Source of the DNA: Vermamoeba vermiformis
Taxonomy: Eukaryota
Direction of reading: 5' to 3'
DNA length: 64,000 nucleotides
Assembly (NCBI GenBank): GCA_045837725.1
Contig: JBEWZL010000003.1
Location: 310,001 to 374,000, forward strand
The notes beneath the pieces were generated by a model that saw only the letters and a program-made list of their open reading frames with translations, did not search any database and was not told the DNA's origin. The position numbers and the translations under genes were made by a program. Shown in pieces: positions 42,161 to 58,247 of the stretch. Within the stretch, counting starts at the first letter, position 1, and each line of letters starts with the position of its first letter.

Positions 42161-43973
42161 TTAGGTCTCGCCAATTTCGTCTTCAATTTCTCTCGATCCA
42201 CTTCAATTCTTTTAGCTTTCCAATCTTCGAGCAATTTTACTGCACTTTCATTCAACTCTCCAATATTAGCCTACAAAAGACGCGGTTAATATCAGTCAGT
42301 CCTAAGATCAATATTCAACGGTATTCATGACTTACTTTGTAATTGTTCTCAACATTCGCGACATCATCGTCAAAGTCTTTCATATTTTTATATGCCTTAG
42401 GACCGGGCATTAACTTTGCAGTAACATTGCCGTAGTGTTGTTCGAGCCATTGGAAACATTTTTGAACGTACTCGTAGTTTGACGACGGCTTCGTACTCTA
42501 AAAAAATTAAATTAACTTAGCTATCGCTATTCTAATCAATTAATATATTATTACTTACCTTATATGCGCGATTAACAGACAGTACTTCAATCTCGGCAAT
42601 AAATGCGTCGAGTAACGGGCGTACAGATAATTTGTTGTACCAGTCAGCAGGAATGCCGTTCACTGAACACATTACATAATATTAGATTCATATCATGTAC
42701 ATATGACTATAGTACTTACGTCCATAATAAGCACCGGCTATTTGACCGTACACAGCGGCAGTCGAGTCCGCGTCATTGCCCAAATTGACCACCAACAAAC
42801 AGCCGTCGCGGAAGTCAGTGGCGTTGAAGAAGGCCCACAGTGCACAGTCTAAATAATACGAATAAGACAATGGTACTATATACTATGATTAGGTTCGTGG
42901 GCGTACTCAAAGTGTCAATGACGTAGCCGGATCCGATCAGCCCCGTGCCCTCCCGATCGATCTTAAATGAGCCCTGCGCAATCTTTTTGACGTCATCGCA
43001 CAACGGATGCTCTTTAGCCACCTCAGGCCAATGTGTCTCGTAGTAGTCTGCCGCTAGTAACTCGTCTTTGGATCGGCCCTCAAGCGCTCCTAATATGAGT
43101 GCTGTCATGTAGTACACTGAATCGATCACTTGTTGGTGGCCGTGAGTGGTTCTGATTGGGCAAATAAGATTACCATAAAAGGAAATAATGCAATAATTGT
43201 CAAAAGTGTCGTACCTCGAACTTTGCGCGGCCATCTCAAAAGCCAATTTTGGTTCAGCGGAAAAATACAATACTACTGGTGCCAGTCGCATGATGGAACC
43301 ATTGCCTTATAAGGAAATAATACTAAAGTAAGTGTTTACTATTTAAAGCAAGCCGGATCTTACCAGCCCGATCAATATCATCGCCAGGGAAGCACTCTCC
43401 AGTCTCTTTAAATTTAAGCACTGATTTTCTGGTGCCAATGCCGATGTCAAAACAGACGCCATTGCTGCTCAAATGACCTTCTTCGTACCATCGGAGATAT
43501 CGCGCTAGCTACGAAATTGCAAAATTAGATCCAAGACCTTAAGTCAATTGGATGATTATATTTTACTTGATCTTTAGCGTCGAAGCCTTGTTTTTCTAAT
43601 AGACTTTCAGCGAGACAAAGAGCCATTGAAGAATCGTCGGTAAATTGACCGGCAACCCTAAAACAAAATTAGAAGGAATGGATCTGATTATTAGTCGCTA
43701 GCTTACAAATTATAAGGTCCTCCACCAACCATATCAGTCAATTTTTCTTTCGGACGGCTTTTGTAGCCTTCAAGAGTGGTACCTAAAATATTAAATTTAA
43801 TTTTTAAAATTGACACTGGAGTTTAAAGGCTGTAGGATCAATCCTACGAGCATAGTTATCTAGAGTAAATTAAGAAATAATTTTTTTGAGCAATTATCCT
43901 TACCTACAGCGTCGCCACAGATCAAGCCAAAGAAACAACCAAAAAATCTTTCTTTTCTCGTTATTTGTTCCAT
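42161..43973 (-). CDS. ADP-ribosylglycohydrolase (DraG/ARH family)
   Basis: [42 protein letters not shown] and [24 protein letters not shown]. Confidence 0.93.
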
Positions 43974-44323
43974 AATACTATTATTTCAATAGCTTTGATA
44001 TCGGCGATCCTTGGTTAACGAACTAACGGTTGTTGTGGACAGCAAAAGTGCTTAAAAAAATACTACTTTTCCGTTCAGCACCTAAAATTTACTTACACAG
44101 AAGCGGTGAACCTCCTCTTGTCCATTAAACAAACGCTAATACAAAGGTCTATCGTCCTATTTAGTTAAACTAAAAAAAGAAGCGGATTGGAACCTTTGAC
44201 GAACTTGCGTTCTACATTGGGCTACTTTTCGAAGTAGATATGATATAGGACTAGAATATTATTCCCCTAAAATCAGACCCTAGCTTTGATATTTAAATAT
44301 TTATACATACGATTGAATTTCTC

Positions 44324-45382
44324 TTATACATCAGTTGGAACGTCTTCCTTCAAAAGTTCTTTTCTTCCATCGAGAGACACGACCTTAACGGCAGTACCTA
44401 AACATATTATTAGGTCGCCATATTAATAATATACGCCTAAAATAATATAATTCTCGAGGCTAGCTGGAGATCCAACGGTGGATCTTGCAAGTTCTTACCG
44501 TAAGCCATAGAATAAACAAAAACACCTAATATTGCATAAATTAAATTTATATCGATATTTAGATCAGTTATATAACGACGTACCAGCTGTAGGATCAGAA
44601 GTCGACGAGTTTTCATATCTAATTGAAATTTACATCAGCGCGTTGGTCTTTTAAGCCTTAAATCCATATTCATAAATAATAGCTAAAGTACCTTAATCGA
44701 ACGACTGCATTGGCACCTTTATGCTGCATTAAAAAGCAAAGGTTAGGTCTCAATGAAATGACTTTATGACGTTCGAAATTGAACTCACTTCAGCCTCTTT
44801 CATCAATCGTCTTGCAGCATCAGCTGAAGCGTGCGTCATCAATTGAGAATAAAACACTGCCTCACCGCCCATAAATCCTCTAACACGCGCTAGAAAATGA
44901 TTATTATTTAATTTTACATTTTTTTTTGACCGTTATTAATAGTATTAAAATAAGTGATGCAATACGATATATTTGTAATAAATAATTCGATGTAAAGAGA
45001 TATTAGGCAATTACGTACACCACAGGTCGTGAAAGAAACTACGAGCTTGAACTGAACTGCCAGCCACGACACCTAATTCTTCGACGATTTTATAGCCAGA
45101 AATTACATCTCCTAAAATTATGGTTATTAGATAATAGTACAGTGGGACTATTTGGCTCAATAATAAATAAAAACCACATAAAAATCTGTAGATCTTTGTA
45201 GGTATTAGTTATCGCTTGATTTTGCGTATAAAATTGGACCACTATTTTTGTAAGACAATAATTCGTATAGAAAATAAATCTTGCTTACTTGTTGACAGGA
45301 GGACTCGAGACGTATTTTGAATTAATTCTGCAGCTTGCTCTGTGGCCTTAACAGCTGCCTTAACCTTAGCATTAGTACTCAT
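44324..45382 (-). CDS. YbjQ / UPF0145 putative heavy-metal-binding protein
   Basis: Spliced exons read ISGYKIVEELGVVAGSSVQARSFFHD..GFMGGEAVFYSQLM..GANAVVRLRY..MAYGTAV. Confidence 0.85.
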
Positions 45383-45549
45383 ATTGAAAGTAAATATGTA
45401 TTAGAACCGCTTGTTATTCGACGGTTCAGATTTTAGTAATGAATTATGGTTGAATTTTAGGATTTTTAATTACGCGGTCAAAATCTTTCTTGAAGCGGCA
45501 AATAGTTGTCTTTGTTAGTCGCGTACATAACACTACAAGTAGCAATAAA

Positions 45550-47729
<2,180 letters not shown>

Positions 47730-47968
47730 AAAACCAAATCCAACCTTGATTCAATAAATGTTCGCTTTGTAATATGATCAGCACCAATGTGGTATCACAA
47801 TCAACACGGCCGATAATCTGGTGTGATTTCTGTCATAGCTAGCGAATCTTTACTTATTGGGCCAAAAATTCTAGATTTCGACTGCGAGCCCCGGAATGAG
47901 ACAGGAACGCAAGTCCAAACCAAATTATTCACCTAGTCGTCAACTAACAACACAAAAGCTTGACCATC

Positions 47969-50900
47969 ATGCGAGCATCGTCAGTATTGTCTTTGTGTCT
48001 GTTGTTGTCCTTGTACATCTGGCAAACGAAAGCAGTAATATATGCAATATGGACGTACGTAAAATAAGCTGCGCAATAATTAGTATAATTTATAGCATCA
48101 CAATTTATCACTAAGGACATCATAAACGATGATTATAATTAACTTTAACTTTTAATTTCGATCGGAAACTAACTTTAAAAACTACATTAAGGCTAAAAGG
48201 AACAGGATTCAGTGGATATGATACAACTAATTGGCAATGCGTTGGGTAAGCTTTGACAAACCAACGTCGCGTGGATTCAGCTAACCTTTTTTTTTAAGAT
48301 ATTCCTTCGATTGCACCTCCAATCCTACCCCAAATAATGCACAAAATGTAGGTGTTTCACTTACTTCCAGCTACGTGACTCTCCCTGTCTGTGCCGCTGG
48401 CCAAGATCCGCTGCAGTACCCAACGTCTGGTTCCGCTATTTTGTGGCCGTCTATAACTAATAATGGTAAGTGGAGTATCTGTTCAAATTGACGTTCTTTT
48501 CTAAACTAAACTTGGATCAGGCCAGTGCTACACGCTGTACATTTCTGGAACAACTCCAGTTTTCTCGGCTTATGCGGCGTTTGAACCATTGCCCTCATTT
48601 AAGATTGTTCCAGGCGGTAAGTGCCGATTTAATGACATACAATAGTTACACTTACTAACGGATGCACTAAGGTTATGATGTCGCTGTCGAGCTACAGACT
48701 GAGAATATGATCATTCCCTCGTTGTACGTTGATAATTCAAAGACGCTCACTATTGCCGCAAAAAGCATCACTATTGGCACTATGTACTTGACAAGACCGA
48801 CCACGTAAGTGCACGCAACTTGAATTATATTTCAGGAACCAGTTAATATGATGCCTATATGACACCATTTAGGAAGCTCAGTATCCGCAATTTATTATAT
48901 TAACTCATACTATTATTAAATGCCAATAACAGAATTATTTTGGATCTGACGATTTTGAGTCTTTACAGTCGATACGCGATATAATGTTATCATTCGTAGT
49001 GTCAACTTTAAGAGAGCGCGCAGTAGTGCTAGTACTGATGGCACGAGCTCGGTTGTATTGAACGGCACCACGACAGTTGAATTCACGAGTAGCGCTGCTG
49101 TTCCAATGGTGTGGAATGTCAACAGTGCTAATGGCATCACTTTCGCGGGCCCCTTCAACTTGACTTGCAGTTTGACGTCTGATTTCCAACTCAGCGTTTA
49201 CAATCAGAGCGGAACTACTGGCGCTGTCATTACGGTCACCTCCCCTTCGTTCTCGATCACCAACACCAAGTTGAATTTGTACAGTGTGACTTCAGGCACT
49301 ACCAGCACGATGACTGGCACCGCTGTGGCTTTGAACGATCAAGGTACGTAGTGTGACTGACACTACTGCAATCAGGTTTAACTCAAAATTTTTGACAGTT
49401 GCTACGCTCAACCTCGCTGGCAGTTGGTCCATTTCCTCCTCGGTCTCGGTCTCTGGCAGCGGCATTTTGGATTTGAGCGCTGCTTTGCCTTCAAACGGTT
49501 TTGCATTGCCCTCAACTCACACTAACCACACGATTAATGTTGCAGCTTCAAGCACTTTGTTGGCTACAGGAAGCTTCAGCCAAGTCATCCTCTCGAGTAA
49601 GAATTATATTGATGCTTTTTAAGACTGTTTACTAACTTTGGTGCTAGGCACTGGATCTTTCACCGTCGATCGTCAGAACGCAGCGGGAGTGATGGACATT
49701 AAATCTATCACTGGACCGAGCACCGTCACATTGAAGAACGGCAAGTTCCGTATTGTTGGCACCTCAGCCCCGATCCAACTGATGTCTGCTGAGCTCACTG
49801 TCACTGGCGGTGTTGGCCAGCAGATCTCAGGTGACGCTTACTCAACGGTCATTGTTGACTCAGCCAATGCTCTAAAAGCCCCTCCCGTCGCGTCTGACGG
49901 TGACCTCCGTTTGTGGAACTACGCCTATACGTAAGTAATCGCAATTATATGAAGCGACTTGTGACTTACTGGCCGTCAAAGATTGCTCGGAGCATTTTCT
50001 GCTGGCAAGGGCGTCTTTATCGAGAAGAAGAGTCAAGTTGATATTATGGGAGCTACTACGTTGCCCGATGCTACAACGGTGGATGATGGTAGGCAATTAA
50101 TTTTTTTTAGATCTTTCTTCGATCTGACTTTTTTTCCAGCAACATTAACCCTTGACGGTACTTTTACTTTCGGAGTGCCTATTGTCGTTCAAAACAATGG
50201 TGTCCTCAACTTCTCGCCTGGTGCCATTCTGGATGTCACTTTCGCCAACGTCTCGCTCCTCACCGGCGGTCAAATCATTAACACCATTGACTTCACTCCG
50301 AACGGCAATGGCATCTTTGGCGTGAAGGGTGCTAAGCAAGGTGAATTCGTGTCTTACGCTCCTATTGTTGTCAGCAACTATACATTCACTACCGACCAGT
50401 TGAATTTGAAGGAGAACACGTAAGTGACACGTGAATGAATTGTTCTTACCGCGATATTAATACTCTATTGTAGTTCATTGACCATTACGGACTCTGGTGT
50501 TGTTTCAGCCTCTACTTTGTACGCAGCTCCCTCGGCTTGGGTCGACTTTGCAGGAGCCATTCAGCTCACTGGTGACTTTGTCAACGACGGAGAGGTCTAT
50601 TGGGGTGGCAAAGAGACCGTTGGCAACTCAGCTCTGACTGGCAATTACGCGCAGAATGCTAACGGCACGACCTTTGTGACCATCACTTCGCTCAATGACA
50701 CGAAACCTGTCGGTAAATTTGACACGTTGACTGTTACTGGAGGTCCGTACAATTAATACCACGTGCCTAAAAGTGCCGTCAAGACTAATCTTGTTCAAAC
50801 GACAGACGTGTTCGTTTTCGGTACTTTGCAACTCGAGTTTGCCGATACTGCTGCAGCCTTGGCTTTGCCCGACCAGGCCTGGTACCCAATCATCACCCTC

Positions 50901-51260
50901 ACAGGTGCTAGCGGTGGTGTGTTCGATAAAGTGGAGCACAATCTCGGTGCTGAAGTGACGCTCAAGGTCTGCTTCACGGCCACGCAGGGCATTCTCGTGG
51001 TCAACCACAACACCACTACGAGCACTGTCGACTTTGTCGCCTTGCCTAGCAGCTGTGACTTTGTCAATCCAGTTCCTGTTGCCGTTCCAAGCGATGGTAA
51101 GTTAATTAATTGCGCGTTCGATCCGGCTGGTCACATCTAACTCTCACTCGTAGGAGGTTCACCATCCTCTGGTCCTTCATCGACTATCTCCTCAGCAATC
51201 ACAGTTGCTGTCTCGTACATTGTTCTTCTCCCCTCAGTTGTAGTTTTGGCTATTTTTTAG
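47969..51260 (+). CDS. Large secreted Ser/Thr/Gly-rich, beta-strand-rich surface protein with GPI-like C-terminus
   Basis: Signal peptide MRASSVLSLCLLLSLYIW; repetitive beta-rich segments (LTGNYAQNANGTTFVTI, FDTLTVTG); hydrophobic end. Confidence 0.6.
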
Positions 51261-51452
51261 ACAATTTTGGATTTAAGCCGCGGGATCTCAACAATCGCAT
51301 TTACTGACTTTTGAACTTGTATTTTTAGTAGACATATTAGTAAATGCCTTAGTGTAGTGTTTTTGTATTAGACACGTGCTTGTTGACGTGAGCGGAAGAT
51401 AATTTTTCTTTTTTATCGTGTGATCTCTCGACAACAACTACAATAGGCCATA

Positions 51453-53714
51453 ATGAACAGAATCGGTAGCCAATTATTTACTATTGCTAAGCGAGCTCCT
51501 AAGACCTCTTCTTGCGGTTCGATCTTCCAAAAGAACACCAAGGTCGGATTGCGATCTGCTTGCTCATTAACAGAGAATTAATATTTAATTATTTATTTCA
51601 ATAGATTGCTCGTCCTGGTCAAACTCAAGTTCGTTATTTGAACTTGCACGAATACCAAAGCAAATCCCTCTTCGATCAATTCGGCATTACCGTTCAAAAG
51701 TTCAAAACTGTCGATACTGCTGAAGAGGCCGAGAAGGCTGCCAAGGAGTTGAGTAAGTATAATAATTGTATTTATTTCGGTTTAAATAATTTTGCAATCT
51801 GGATCGCGCGGAGTTACCGTTTGACACGCTAAGAAAATTTATCCAATTTGTTAACAATATTTTTTTATAACATATAGTGCAGGCGTTACTCAAATTACGA
51901 ATCAATTTTCGCAAAGGAAATTAATAATTATTTTACTGAATGAGCTTACGGATATTTTTTCTTTGTAGTGCTCGTACATTATCGAACTAACACTTCAAAA
52001 ATCACATAAATGGCACGTATTATTTTTGTTTACTAAACGCACGATTCAAAATAGACGCCAAGGAGATTGTCGTCAAGGCCCAAATTATGGCTGGTGGTCG
52101 TGGCAAAGGATCTTTCATCGAGAACAGTTTCAAGGGTGGCGTTCACTTGTGCAAGACGTAAGGACTAATACTAGCTCATATTTGACAACTACAAGCACTC
52201 TTAGACCATACAATTCATTAAAAATATTATTTTTATTATTATGATTATTTACGGTGAGGTATTTTATTAATATAATTATTATTATAGTCCTCAAGAAGCT
52301 AAGAACTTGGCCAAGAACATGCTTGGATACAGATTGAAGACGAAACAGACCGGTCCCGATGGTGTCCCCGTCAGAAAATTGATGATTGCCGAGTCTATCG
52401 ATCTTAAGCGCGAGTTGTACTTCGCTATTTTGATGGTACGTCATATAACTATTCTAATACACAACACTCGTACAAAATTACAAATAATAACAATGAAAAC
52501 AATCGATGTAGCCCGAGTTCGTTTAGTTTACTTCTATGTCTATATACACGGTGTTATTATATGACATTAGTACTAATCTATTGCAATAGGACCGTGCTGC
52601 TGGTGGCCCTATTATGATTGCCAGTCAACAAGGAGGTGTTGATATTGAGACTGTTGCCGAGAAGACACCCGAAGCAATCTTCAAAGAGCCCGTTGATATC
52701 TTCACTGGCCCTCAACCCCAACAATTGGAACGATTGGCTACCTCTCTTGGCTTCAAGGGCGCTCAAGTTCAAGACGTGAGTTCGAGCGGATCCATCAAAT
52801 TCCATTACTGTCTCTAATTCGACTTTAAATATTATAGGCTGCCAACCAAATGAAGAGATTGTACGACTTGTTCATTAAGCTCGATTGCACTCAAGTCGAA
52901 GTCAATCCTTTGGCTGAAACTCCCGAAGGCAAAGGTACCTGAAATCAATTAACTATTACGAGCCAAAAATAGATTATATTAATGTATTGTAGTTTACGCT
53001 GTCGACGCTAAGATCAACTTTGACGACAACGCTGAATTCAGACAAAAGCAAGTGTACGTTGATCGTGACACTACTGAAGAGGACCCCAGAGAAGTCGAGG
53101 TACGAACACGACGGATAATGGACTCGTTACATGTACTAACTAACACAATCATACAGGCTGCCAAGCACGGCTTGAACTACATTGGTATGGACGGTAACAT
53201 TGGCTGCATGGGTAAGTTTCACACGATGAACTGATGATGATACATTACAAGTTAATTGACACGTGACATTTGTAGTCAACGGAGCTGGTCTTGCCATGGC
53301 TACTATGGACATTATTAAGTTGTATAAGGGCTCACCTGCTAACTTCTTGGACGTTGGTGGTGGTGCTAACGAGAAACAAGTCACCGAAGCTTTCAAGATC
53401 TTGACTGCTGACTCTCAAGTAAGACCGCTGCTTATCTGGTTATATAGTCGTACTAACCCAATAATGAATATTAGGTCAAGGCTATCTTAGTTAACATTTT
53501 CGGAGGTATCATGAAGTGCGACACTATCGCCGCTGGTATTGTTGGTGCCGCTAAGGCTGTGTCACTCAAGATCCCCGTCGTTGTTCGATTGGCTGGTACC
53601 AATGTCGAGCTCGGCAAGAAGATTTTGGCTGACAGTGGCTTGCCTTTGATCAGCGCTCACGACTTGGACGATGCCGCTCAAAAGGCCGTTGCTGCTATCA
53701 CTGGCAAGAACTAA
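51453..53714 (+). CDS. Succinyl-CoA ligase beta subunit, mitochondrial
   Basis: [45 protein letters not shown] and [11 protein letters not shown]. Confidence 0.96.
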
Positions 53715-53887
53715 AAGGTTGTTTTTTTGATCTAGTTTTGAACGAAGTTGTAACTGATATGCAAATCGTTAATGCGCGTATTTAATAAAGTAGATTAAGC
53801 AAAAAGAAGCCGTTTGACTCGCGTGAGGTAGTGCGCGTCAAAAAATTTCTTTTCAATTAACTCTGCACAGCAGCAACAGAAGTAAAA

Positions 53888-55412
53888 ATGTTTAAAGCAG
53901 TGACGACAGTATTATTACGGCCAAATAGGCATCTAATTACACCTTTATCCTCAAAAGCAGTGCAAATTTCAAGATCAATCACTACATCCGACGTAAAAGG
54001 TATTTCAATAATATTAAAAATGCATACCACACGTACATATACTTATTATGAAGCAATATTTCTTTATTTCGCAAGTGGAAGTGAAATATTAATTTTTTCT
54101 TTTAGTACCGTCACCGTTTGTCTCTTGCGAGTGGCTAGCCGAAAATATATTGGACAGCTCGAAGAGAAAAAATAAGAAATTAACTATATTCGACTGCTCG
54201 TGGTATTTGCCCGCGGCTAAACGAAGTGGCTTTGATGAATATCAAAAAGCGCATATCCCTGGTACGCCAACCGTATCAAATATCGCGTGTACTAAATCCC
54301 AGACTTAGGTGCTTTATTTTTCGACATTGACAAGATTGCAGATAAGTCTGTTGATCTGCCTCACATGCTGCCCAGCACCAAACAATTCGAAGAGCAAGTT
54401 AGCGAACTTGGAGTCACAAACAACGACCAGATCGTATTGTACGATAACAGCAACCAGTACTTCGCTTCGGCACGAGTTTGGTGGACTTTTAGGGTACGTT
54501 TTGGCCTTGTAGCGACGAGGTGCTGTTTTTGCAAAATCTCGGATCAACAACGGCCTAATAGCATAGTTGGTTATTGCGCCCGCCTAGTAAGCGGGAGGTC
54601 CTCGGTTCGAATCCGAGTTAGGCCAGTTTCTTTTTTTGCTTTTTAGCCACACCTGTTGTTTGTTGTTGACGCCGCTGACCATCTTTTTTTTATAGACCTT
54701 TGGGCATGACAATGTTTTTGTATTGGACGGTGGTTTGGGCAAATGGAAGGAGTTTGGATTGCCGCTCGAGGCCGGATCTCCAACAGAAATCGCCAAGGGC
54801 AACTTTAAAGTCAAGAAGTTTAGAAAGGACCTCGTTGTAGATATCAATTCTATTCGCGAGTACCTCGACAAGCAACATTATCAGATCGTGGATGCGAGAT
54901 CTTTACAACGGTATGCTTGGTTCCCTCGGCCTCTATAGCCTAATTATTTGCAGATTTGAAGGTAAAGGTGAAGAGAGACCAGGTCTAGCCCATGGTCATA
55001 TTCCTGGATCACTATCGTTGCCATTCAACTTCGTGCTCGAAGCAGATGGGTACGTGTGAAGATCCAGAGCTTACTCTCGTGATTAATGAGTACTAACTCG
55101 TGCTCTTAGCCTTACTGGTAAAATGAAAGACGGTCAAGAGATTTATGAAGCATTTAAGAAAGCTGGTGTTGATTTTTCGAAGCCGATCGTGACTAGCTGC
55201 GGATCTGGTAATCCTGAACAATTTTTACCCGTGTTCGTACAATCGTTTATACTTGTTGAATTATTATAGGTGTATCTGCTTCAGTTTTGGCTTTGGCCTT
55301 GGCTACAAAGGGATTGACAAATGTTGCAGTTTATGACGGCTCTTGGACGGAATACGGTAATCCTAAACATAATTTGCCCGTTGAAACAGGTCTTCCGAAC
55401 AAAAAACAATAA
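53888..55412 (+). CDS. MPST: 3-mercaptopyruvate sulfurtransferase / tandem rhodanese
   Basis: DCSWYLP, AHIPGA, LPHMLPS, ARVWWTF, VDARS, GHIPGS, active site CGSGVSA and YDGSWTEY. Confidence 0.93.
54552..54625 (+). tRNA. tRNA-Thr(AGT) nested in an MPST intron
   Basis: Cloverleaf with acceptor GGCCTAA/TTAGGCC, anticodon arm CCCGC-CT-AGT-AA-GCGGG and T arm CTCGG-TTCGAAT-CCGAG; T-run downstream. Confidence 0.96.
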
Positions 55413-55607
55413 ATTGCTACCATTTATGAGCAATTTTGTTGTTTTGCAAGGGATTAGATCTTGATCAGAAGCGACAAACAGCCAAAACCTTCGGAAAAAT
55501 TAAACGGTGAACGATCAAGATCGCTGATGACTTACTATTATGAATAATTTTGGGCTGTTCACTATATAAAAATCGCCTTTTTTTGTTATTTATTTAAGTG
55601 AACATTT

Positions 55608-55608
<1 letters not shown>

Positions 55609-55659
<51 letters not shown>

Positions 55660-55694
55660 TTAAAAAAAAAAAAATTTTTTTAAAAAAAAAAAAA
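55609..55694. repeat. T43 homopolymer followed by alternating T/A runs
   Basis: Directly visible low-complexity tract. Confidence 0.9.
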
Positions 55695-56012
55695 CAGAAC
55701 TACAATTAGAAATTTCACTGAATTGGTTCCGATCGCTCGCATTGATACGTGTTGCCACAGGTAACTGAACGAAATCCAGAACTTTTGAAACGTTACAGAA
55801 CCAGACCAAATCGCCGTGTTAAATAGCTTGATCGTCTCGGTATTTCAGTAAGTTTTAACAATTATTAAACACACAACGTAACCGAACAGAAGAATGAATC
55901 TGATAAGTAATTCATGAAAACTTGTTACGCGTACAGTTAGTCCGCCTACAATACTCTAGCACATATTGAATATCATTCATGCAAAACATGGACCTAATGG
56001 TGATATTTGTAG

Positions 56013-58169
56013 GCTCTGAAGTTAATTTTTATTGCCTCCGCTTTGTGCATCTGCTACTCAGCCTCACAAACAATCAATGATCAAACAGGCGTCAGTGGAT
56101 TAATTGATGCATGGGGTAACCTGCCTACTAATTGGGTTAAGGCCAATGTTGCCAATTGCTGCAATTTTACTGGGATCACCTGCAATAACGGAGCCATTAC
56201 TTCAATGTAAGTAATATTTGACAAATAATATTATTAAAATAGTAATATTTTGGTCCTATTTGGCAATGTCGTATAGCCAAAGTTGTGGTAGATCGTTTTG
56301 AAAGCTAGATCTGACTCGATTATTTTTAGTGCATTGAGCTACCAAAACATTACTGGTACCATCCCCGCTGCAATTTCTAATTTCGCCGCCGCAGCTGTAT
56401 TGTAAGTATTTATTTAGTTATTTAAGTTTAGACTGTAGCGCTACACTTTGACATTTCATTCATGAATGGATTCGTTTTGACACGTGATCTGCTTTTAGTG
56501 ACCTAAGCTACAACAAATTGCACGGTGCTATTCCCCCCCAAATCTCCGGCATGACTGCTTTGAAAAACTTGTAAGTTCATGGTGTTAAATTTAAAAATAT
56601 TGAATTTATCTGACCTCGGATCTAGAAATCTTGAAGGCAACAAGCTCGATACCATTCCGACCGAGCTCTATTCTATGAGCGGATTGACTGTAGTGTAAGG
56701 ATTATAATTGTTTAAACAACACGACCGGATCTAATTTTTTTTGCGTAGCAACTTGCGATTGAACTCGTTTTCTGGTGCATTGCCTGCTGAATTCGGCAAT
56801 TTGGTCGCTTTAACTGATTTGTAAGTCATCATATATCTATTTTAATCTTTACGTAATAAGAAAGCTAATTAATTTTTATGCAGGATCCTCGGCAACAACT
56901 CATTTACTGGTCCTATCCCTAGTACTTGGTCCTCATTAGCCGCCCTTATGAAGCTGTAAGTTAATTAGTGCCTAGTAGTAGTTTTAACTCAAATTAACGA
57001 TAAAATTAGGCAACTTACTGGCAATCCGATTGAAGATGTTATTCCTGACGCTATTCTCAATCTGAAGGCTTTGCAAGTCTTGTAAGTTCCTGAATATATT
57101 CCTAATTAAGTAATTTTACTCATATACATATTTAGGGACGCATTGAACTGCTCGTTGATGGGTCCTATTCCTGACGCAATTTCTGGATTGACTGCCTTGC
57201 AACGATTGTAAGAATGATCGTTAATTTATTCGATAATAGTGCTGATTATTATTATAGGACCTTGAATAACAATTATTTGAACGGTTCGATCCCCACCACC
57301 ATCACGCAACTTACCAATCTCCAATCGATGTAAGAAAATAACTATATTACTGCTATCTTATAAATATTAACTCGTATTATCAATTAGTTTGCTGTTTAAC
57401 AACTGGTTGGAAGGCGCTATTCCCGAGGAAATTGGTCAATTGACTAATTTGGTCGAGTTCCACGCTCACTTCAATGAACTTTCTGGCCCATTGCCTGCTT
57501 CAGTGTCCAATTTGACTGCTTTGGAGAGCTTGTAAGTGCCACCTATTACCATAATTATAACGATTTACTTATATACCTCATTTAGTAACGTGCGCAACAA
57601 CTGGTTAACAGGCACCATTCCGTCACTCGCCAAGTTGACTAAATTGAAGTATTTGTAAGTACCAGGCGAAGATTAATATGAACCACTGTTCCTAATTGTA
57701 TTAATAGGGACTTGGAGTCAAACTTGTTCAACGGTGACTTCCCTGCTGGTCTCGGCGGATTGCCACTCGAAGATCTGTTTTTGCAACACAACAACTTGAC
57801 TGGCTGCGTCGCGACTGACTTGTACGACCTCTCAGACACTATTCTCGCGTGTGACTTGTCGAACAACAACGGTCTCACTTGCTGCGGTCACGTCTTGCCT
57901 GACGCTTGCAAGGTCAATTTTGAAGACGCTGGTGCCTGTGGAGGTACGCACAAAACAGACTTGACAAGTCCATATGTAGAAGTTAGTACTAATGTCATTT
58001 TAAAATAGCTCCTCCTGTTGCCCCTGTCGCAGCTCCTGTGGGTGAGCCAACGAGCCCTCACATCAATCCTCCTACCTCCAAGGGCACTGTAGCTAGCTCC
58101 TCGAGCCGGAACATCATTCACACCGCTTATTTATTGGCTGTGCTCGCTATTGTTAATATTATCTTTTAG
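56013..58169 (+). CDS. Secreted, GPI-like plant-type LRR protein (first exon and start lie upstream, not resolved)
   Basis: LRRNT-like W..CCNFTGITC; about 12 LxxLxLxxNxLxGxIP repeats, mostly one per exon; Cys cap, Pro-rich stalk and hydrophobic end. Confidence 0.88.
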
Positions 58170-58247
58170 AGTGCGTTAAATAAATAACATCGAATAATTT
58201 AAATTATTTACAAATGTACAGCAAGATATTTACAACATTATTAACTT

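Noticed and set aside
55609-55694. Poly-T/poly-A tract as a retroelement tail or hairpin
   Set aside because: No element body or target-site duplication; the pattern after a long homopolymer resembles a sequencing artifact.
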